Source: Stramenopiles sp. TOSAG23-2 (Eukaryota). Taken from it: DNA of 64,000 nucleotides. The translations under genes and the position numbers were made by a program. Below, in pieces: positions 57,687 to 64,000 of this stretch. The stretch spans positions 1-64,000 of the forward strand of contig LT649240.1 of assembly GCA_900128395.1 (NCBI GenBank). Direction: 5' to 3'. Position 1 is the stretch's first letter. Each line of letters opens with the position of its first letter. The notes under the pieces were generated by a model, which searched no databases, was not told the origin of the DNA, and saw only the letters and a list, made by a program, of their open reading frames with translations.

Positions 57687-58519
57687 ATTTGTTATTTATT
57701 AAATATTGTTGTATTTCAAATCTTATATTGTTTGGATATAATGATTTGTTTTGTATATATATATATATATAATATATAAATATTTCTATCTTCATGATAT
57801 GTACATTCTATGTGTGTGTTTATATATATAATATATATTCTCGTGTGGTAGATGTTTGTTTATTGCAATAGCAGGTACAGAGTATTGAATACGGTCGAGG
57901 AATGAAATTTGTCAAAAAAAAAAAAAAAAAACCGATCGATTGGTTAGGATTAGGGTTAGGGACAGTCCCCCCTTTTTGCATTTTGCACATCGAGGTGAAA
58001 AATCCTTCTTTTCACTTTTTTTATTTATAGTTAATAGTCTACTCACATTTTCCCCTATCATTTGAATCCAATTGAAATTTTCTCCCCGTTGTCCCGTTTT
58101 CTAATTGGTTGTGAATTGGTGAATATTGCAACTCACAATTCATATAAATATGCATCTGCCTATCTGCAATTCTATTTCCTATACTATTTACATGTAAATT
58201 ATTATTATTATTATTTGATACAACTATACTTTCGTAACTTATATGTATGCACTGAAATATATAAACTATAATAACTGCCAACATGATAATAAGATGTACA
58301 TACACAGAAACAACGATATCAAAAACATATTGAAGATAATATTACTAATAAAACCAACATAATATAATAATATATTAAGTTAAAAAAGATGCCTTTAACA
58401 AATTCTGGAAAACGTTTTGTTGGTAAACCAAGAAATGCATCACGTTCACGTACTGACATATTGAAGATAATATTACTAATAAAACCAACATAATATAATA
58501 ATATATTAAGTAATAAGAG

Positions 58520-59881
58520 ATGCCTTTAACTAATTCTGGAAAACGTTTTGTTGGTAAACCAAGAAATGCATCACGTTCACGTACTGCTGGTGCAACGATG
58601 CCAAGAGCCAAATTAGATACTACTCGTGGAGGCAGGGCTGTAAGTTCTGCGGCAACCACAACGCCTGGGTATCGAAACAATGCAATAACGGCGCAAAGTC
58701 AATGGGGTGGTATAGCGCCAACTGGTAAAGCTGCAGCACAAGCAGCTATATTACAATTTGCCGGTGCTTCTGGTACTATGGGTATAATTTATATTATAGG
58801 AACTTATGTCTTGAGTGTTAGCATTGATGAACAATATAAAGAAAAAAAATTAGAACCAAAAGTATTTTTATCTTTGCCTATCGCGTCATGGTTGTATATT
58901 AAAGGTTTCAGTTATATGTTTGGTTTTATTTATGGCATTCTAATGAAAATGTATTGGAAATGCAATGATTATCAAGGCCGTTCGAAAGTGCGAACATTTT
59001 TTGTATATTTAGTCTTGGATTTTATTTTAGCATGTTGGAATTTAGTTGCGATATTAGTCAATTTAAAAGGAGGTGAAATAGATTTTTATTGGTTCTTTAT
59101 AATAATGTGTTGTTTAAGTATCATATTGATACCATGTGAAATTGTAAAAGTAGTTCATATTATTGATTCAGAAATGCAACGTAAAGCTAATGAAAAGGAA
59201 CGGAAGACGAGAAGAAAGAATAATGGTGAGCAACAACAACAACAACAACAACGAGGGATGAGGCAAGGAGAAGATATTGAATCAAAAGTTAGTGTTGATA
59301 GTATTGAATCGAAATTAACTGATGGTAATGGTAATATGCCAACTGCAGTAGCATCACCAGTGAATACAAACGTTGGGCATATGGAAACGAATATAAATCA
59401 ATTTCAACCATCTGCACCTGCATCATTGAATGGTATTGAATTAAATATTCCAACTCATAATAATAATAATAACAATATGTATGATTTTACATTGGTAAAA
59501 AATGCTCAATTAAAAGCAGCAAAATTTGAAGAAATGTGGGTAAATATGCAACCATGTGGAGGGTTTCATTCAGGTATACAATATTATCCTGAAATATCGA
59601 CGCTAAATGAACATTTAAAAAGTCGTGATTTTGGTATCATTGCAAGTGGTTTAGTTGGTACGGGTACAAGATTATTTTTATATGCTATTGAAGATCATCA
59701 ATTTACCAGTCGCCCTGGTTATGAACAAGCATCTGGTATCTTTTTATGTGAAATAGTATTGAGTACATCTGAGAATGGTGAATATTATTGCAAAGCAACA
59801 TATAAATGTAGCAAACCAGGCTTAGTCGATACATTTCAAAATTATTTAATGTTGCACGAAGTGTTTGGTGAGATGTATTGA
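58520..59881 (+). CDS. Multi-TM protein with C-terminal beta-adaptin appendage-like (platform) domain
   Basis: About four TM segments; C-terminal L...KFEEMW...FGIIASG...RLFLYA...FLCEI...KATYKC. Confidence 0.6.
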   Translation: MPLTNSGKRFVGKPRNASRSRTAGATMPRAKLDTTRGGRAVSSAATTTPGYRNNAITAQSQWGGIAPTGKAAAQAAILQFAGASGTMGIIYIIGTYVLSVSIDEQYKEKKLEPKVFLSLPIASWLYIKGFSYMFGFIYGILMKMYWKCNDYQGRSKVRTFFVYLVLDFILACWNLVAILVNLKGGEIDFYWFFIIMCCLSIILIPCEIVKVVHIIDSEMQRKANEKERKTRRKNNGEQQQQQQQRGMRQGEDIESKVSVDSIESKLTDGNGNMPTAVASPVNTNVGHMETNINQFQPSAPASLNGIELNIPTHNNNNNNMYDFTLVKNAQLKAAKFEEMWVNMQPCGGFHSGIQYYPEISTLNEHLKSRDFGIIASGLVGTGTRLFLYAIEDHQFTSRPGYEQASGIFLCEIVLSTSENGEYYCKATYKCSKPGLVDTFQNYLMLHEVFGEMY

Positions 59882-60825
59882 GAGAGAGAGAGAGAGAGAG
59901 AGGAAGAGAAAGAGAGACAAGGGATGATAAAAATTTTCAAAATTATTTAATGTTGCACGAAGTGTTTGGTGAGATGTATTGAGAGAGAGGAAGAGAAAGA
60001 GAAAGAGAGACAAGGGATGATAAAAATAGGTGCGGGGAGAACATGCCCGTCTGTGTATGTACATTAGTGTTTCTTCAGTATTTTTTAGTGTAAAAATTTG
60101 ATTTTCAATATTTTATTTTTCAACTCTCGTCACCTTTTATACCATGGTATACTTCGTACTTCACTTTTTTTTCGGCCCCTATAAAAATGATCGACCCGTT
60201 GTCTCTGTCTCTGTCATGTGTCGTGTGCCATTTGATCCATATTGACTTTTTGTTCATGAAGATGGTAGTTATACATCATGTGTACAGTACATGGTTGTTA
60301 TACATAATTCTAAAATAGTTGGACTAACGATCATTTCGTTCAACATAAAATTAAGAGACTTTTATGAAATACAAACCGTGAAACAAAGAGAAAGAGAGAC
60401 AAGGGATGATAAAAATAGGTGCGGGGAGAACATGCCCGTCTGTGTATGTACATTAGTGTTTCTTCAGTATTTTTTAGTGTAAAAATTTGATTTTCAATAT
60501 TTTATTTTCAACTCTCGTCACCTTAATTTTACTTCACGGCCCCTAAAATGATCGACCCGTTGTTGTCTCTGGTTGTGTCGTGTGCCATTTGATCCATATT
60601 GACTTTTTGTTCATGAAGATGGTAGTTATACACCATGTGTACAGATGGTTGTTATACATAATTCTAAAATAGTTGGACTAACGATCATTTCGTTCAACAT
60701 AAAATTAAGAGACTTTTATGAAATACAAACCGTGAAACACAACTCTAACGTTTAAATATATTAACCACAATTGTATATCATTTTTTTTATTGCGTGTGTA
60801 TAAAATACCTTCTTTCTATCATACA

Positions 60826-61659
60826 ATGTGCATGAATACTTTTATCATTATATTATTAACATTATTATTATGTGTAATTGTACATGGGGATGTTTATATG
60901 AATCAACCTAGAGGTAGTAACAACAAATTAAATGAAGTTAGTGATAATGTACGAAATGATAATCGCTTATTTGATAGTCAAAACAATGCTGCAGCTGGAT
61001 ATCAAGTTGGTGATAAATGCAATCCATCATGTGCCATTGATACAAACAACGATAGGAATGCAGCACCAGATACATATAGATCGGATTATCCAGGAGCAGG
61101 GAAAGGGATCATGTATTATTATGCATCTAGCTTCTTACAAATAGAATGGACTGCGCAGCATGGATGTGGTGTAGAAGACCGAACGAATCAGTGTGAGATG
61201 ATACTACAATACATGTGCGAAGATACAACGAAAGGAATAAGGGATGGCACCACACGTGCAACAATTGGTGGTGGGCATAATGAAAATGGTGGAAATACAG
61301 CTGATAATGCTGCCGGGTTAAATGAAAGAGTATTTCCAAGCGAAGAGAAAGCAAATGATCCGAAATATGGTCAACATGAAAATTTCAATTATTATATGAA
61401 TTGTAAAACAAGGGAGAGAAATAAAGGGTTATTTACTTCGGATAAATTGCAATCAACGACAAGGCAGCAAACCGCACTTTATACGAGACAAGGCAACAAC
61501 GGAGAACGTTATGGTTTTGAATGTCCAGAGGAACGAGATTACTATCCATATTGGCATCCATCACCTTGGCGTGATATTGCTGTTTTAACTGATGATACTT
61601 CACGTTGCAAATATTATCAAGAGATGCTTTGTATTTCATCAAGAAAATTTTTAAAATAA
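60826..61659 (+). CDS. DD3-3-like secreted protein, N-terminal part (appears truncated)
   Basis: Signal peptide, DVYMNQPRGSNN, RLFDSQNN, IEWTAQHGCG, LQYMC, YGFECPEERDYYPYWHPSPWRDIA. Confidence 0.75.
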   Translation: MCMNTFIIILLTLLLCVIVHGDVYMNQPRGSNNKLNEVSDNVRNDNRLFDSQNNAAAGYQVGDKCNPSCAIDTNNDRNAAPDTYRSDYPGAGKGIMYYYASSFLQIEWTAQHGCGVEDRTNQCEMILQYMCEDTTKGIRDGTTRATIGGGHNENGGNTADNAAGLNERVFPSEEKANDPKYGQHENFNYYMNCKTRERNKGLFTSDKLQSTTRQQTALYTRQGNNGERYGFECPEERDYYPYWHPSPWRDIAVLTDDTSRCKYYQEMLCISSRKFLK

Positions 61660-62153
61660 GGGCATACGAACGTATAATATATTTTAAACCGTTTGGGGAG
61701 ACAAGCACGCGCGTGCGTTGTGTTAATTAATCTGAGAAACATGTTATGATGTGTGTTTCATTTAAATTAAACTAGAGTGGTGTGGTGTGTGTGTTATTTG
61801 TTAAAAACTCTGGGTTCTTAATACGAGTAATTTTTTTATATGATACTAATAATATAATTTAATTTACGCATAATTTATTTTTAATTTACTCATGATAATT
61901 CCTACTCTTCAAAAGAATAAAATAACTGAAATAATCTATCTCACACAAATCATTTAAATTAAACTAGAGTGGTGTGGTGTGTGTGTTATTTGTTAAAAAC
62001 TCTGTGGGTTCTTAATTACAAATATCGTGTGTTATTTTTTTTTATGATACGAGTAATTTTTATTTTAAAATAATAAAATCATTTATTCTCAAGCATTCTA
62101 GTAAAATTTATTTTTTTAAGTATTTACCTAAAACTTGTGCTTGTGGAGTATTG

Positions 62154-62320
62154 GTTTGCAGAGGTGCATTAGAGCTTTACTATAGTAGAATAGCATATTA
62201 TTCTTGCGATTGAGTATTGAGCATATTACTTAACACGAGAAGTGTAAAATTATTACGCGTGTATAACTTAGATTTTAACCATCATATTTATATCAATATT
62301 TTAATTCATTATAAAAAAGT
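62154..62320 (+). repeat. Dispersed repeat family, copy 3
   Basis: gtttgcagaggtgcattagagctttactat...gattgagtattgagcata...tagattttaaccatc. Confidence 0.8.
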
Positions 62321-62513
62321 ACATTATCTCTCTCTCTCTCTCTGACATATACAAGAGAGACTAACGTTGTCATTTTACGAAGGTATAGAATGCATATGTA
62401 TATTTTCTTTTATGCAAATGTTTCGTTTTCAGTCATGTATGGTAATTTGTTACCTGGTGTAAAATCACGATCTGGACCATCTTAAGGTATAGAATGCATA
62501 TGTATATTTTCTT

Positions 62514-63197
62514 TTATGCAAATGTTTCGTTTTCAGTCATGTATGGTAATTTGTTACCTGGTGTAAAATCACGATCTGGACCATCTTTAGTAATCATAAC
62601 TGTACGTATAACACCACCAGATGAACCATCTCTTGACATAGCTAATGACAATGCTTTTTTAACAAAAGTTCTGCATTCTTCCCCGGTCATACCTGGTTTA
62701 TATGTTGCATCGCAATATGCATAAATAAATGTCGAACCTGAACCGCCAATAGAGTATGGCTGTCTAACCATGGTACCACCAATCGGTACAGAATAAACTT
62801 GGCCACCATTAACCTCGTCCCAGCCAGCAACGATAATACCAGCCATTAGTTGATCTTTATAGTCATAACAAAATTTACGAAAAAGTGTTGCAGCAGTTTT
62901 TACTTGTGGTTTTTTTTTTTCACCTAATGTTACACCATGGGATGCAAGTTGGTATCGAACTATATCAGAAATGGCTTGTGTATCTGCTGCGGAACCAGAA
63001 CGACAGCAATAGATCGTATCATGTACTTCTGTGAGTTTATCACTAACTCTGTTTGCTACATATGATCCAGTAGATGTTCTACTATCTGCACCAAGTATGA
63101 CACCACCGTCGAATTCAACAGCTATGATAGAAGTACCTGAATCAACTTCACCTTTTTTGTGTATTTCACGCTCTGCCCAATTCCAAATATCAGTCAT
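62514..63197 (-). CDS. PSMB6: 20S proteasome subunit beta-1 (PSMB6/Pre3)
   Basis: [61 protein letters not shown]. Confidence 0.96.
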   Translation of the reverse strand: MTDIWNWAEREIHKKGEVDSGTSIIAVEFDGGVILGADSRTSTGSYVANRVSDKLTEVHDTIYCCRSGSAADTQAISDIVRYQLASHGVTLGEKKKPQVKTAATLFRKFCYDYKDQLMAGIIVAGWDEVNGGQVYSVPIGGTMVRQPYSIGGSGSTFIYAYCDATYKPGMTGEECRTFVKKALSLAMSRDGSSGGVIRTVMITKDGPDRDFTPGNKLPYMTENETFA

Positions 63198-64000
63198 TAT
63201 TTACACACACACACACACAGAAAATTATAAACTTTACTAAATATAATATATATATATATATATATATGTTTGTTTTGTTGTATCCTTTTTTCCCTTTGTA
63301 TATATCATTTCACGCTCTGCCCAATTCCAAATATCAGTCATTATTTACACACACACACACAGAAAATTATAAACTTTACTAAATATAATATATATATATA
63401 TATATATGTTTGTTTTGTTGTATCCTTTTTTCCCTTTGTATATATCTATATACCTATATGATCTGTATATTTTAGTTCGTACATTGTATTATATTCAATA
63501 TAATTAGATCAAATCACTTATTCATTGTTGTTTGCCATTTTCAAATAATCTTAAAAATCTAAATCGATCGATCTTTCAGTACTATGTCTATGTTATTATT
63601 TCTATCATAGTAGAAATATCTAACATTAGTATAATGAATATTATACTTAAACGCTATTTCTATACAAATAAACACAAAGGAAGTGGACTCTCTGCATACA
63701 ACTCCAACATTCAGCAGCAGGAAAATAATGTATTATATTATATATATTGGATATTCAAGTGTGAGATGGCAATATTTCCAATACTGAACAGTGTTATTTA
63801 TACTATGTCTATGTTATTATTTCTATCATAGTAGAAATATCTAACATTAGTATAAGGAATATTATACTTAAACGCTATTTCTATACAAATAAACACAAAG
63901 ACGTGGACTCTCTGCAACAACTCCAACATTCAGCAGGAAAATAATGTATTGGATATTCAAGTGTGAGATGGCAATATTTCCAATACTGAACAGTGTTATT

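Noticed and set aside
57945-57961. TTAGGG-like repeats (also near 56462 and 24177) as telomere or telo-box
   Set aside because: Only one to three units at internal positions; too short to separate from chance without genome-wide statistics.
8920-64000. Numerous near-exact ~60-350 bp tandem duplications (approx. 8925-9130, 9730-9930, 29113-29343, 45750-45875, 47690-47920, 48105-48360, 53940-54145, 54795-55025, 57455-57680, 58326-58585, 59833-59990, 60000-60737, 62383-62586, 63165-63440, 63575-64000) as a biological system
   Set aside because: They are read-length sized, near-identical, placed without regard to gene structure and often break or copy gene ends. This is most consistent with unmerged overlaps or gap-filling artefacts; read mapping would settle it.

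Overview
AT-rich, gene-dense eukaryotic nuclear DNA with many poly-Asn (AAT/AAC) tracts and almost no introns. The gene content (RJL GTPase, CEP70-like, Dad2, ATG9, DD3-3-like) fits a flagellated protist, possibly a stramenopile; this is inference only. About 28 protein genes can be read, plus one tRNA, an inverted-repeat element, a Copia fragment and a dispersed repeat family. The top observation is a tRNA-Leu(UAA) gene at 1588-1805 (-) that only gives a complete 82-nt cloverleaf if two spliceosomal-type introns (GTAAGT...YTAAC...AG) are removed: one in the acceptor stem (6/7) and one at 38/39. Other highlights: (1) a single-ORF ELO elongase + acyl-CoA-binding + FabH/KAS III fusion; (2) three mutually homologous, AG-depleted phase-1 introns in an Rph/PigC-like PEP-utiliser gene; (3) a TACCAGGTA motif upstream of genes; (4) a repeat confined to convergent spacers; (5) a gene apparently split by an internal inversion. 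Many ~100-350 bp tandem duplications look like assembly artefacts, so all structural claims need checking against raw reads. Protein family calls come from motif recognition by eye; no database searches were run.
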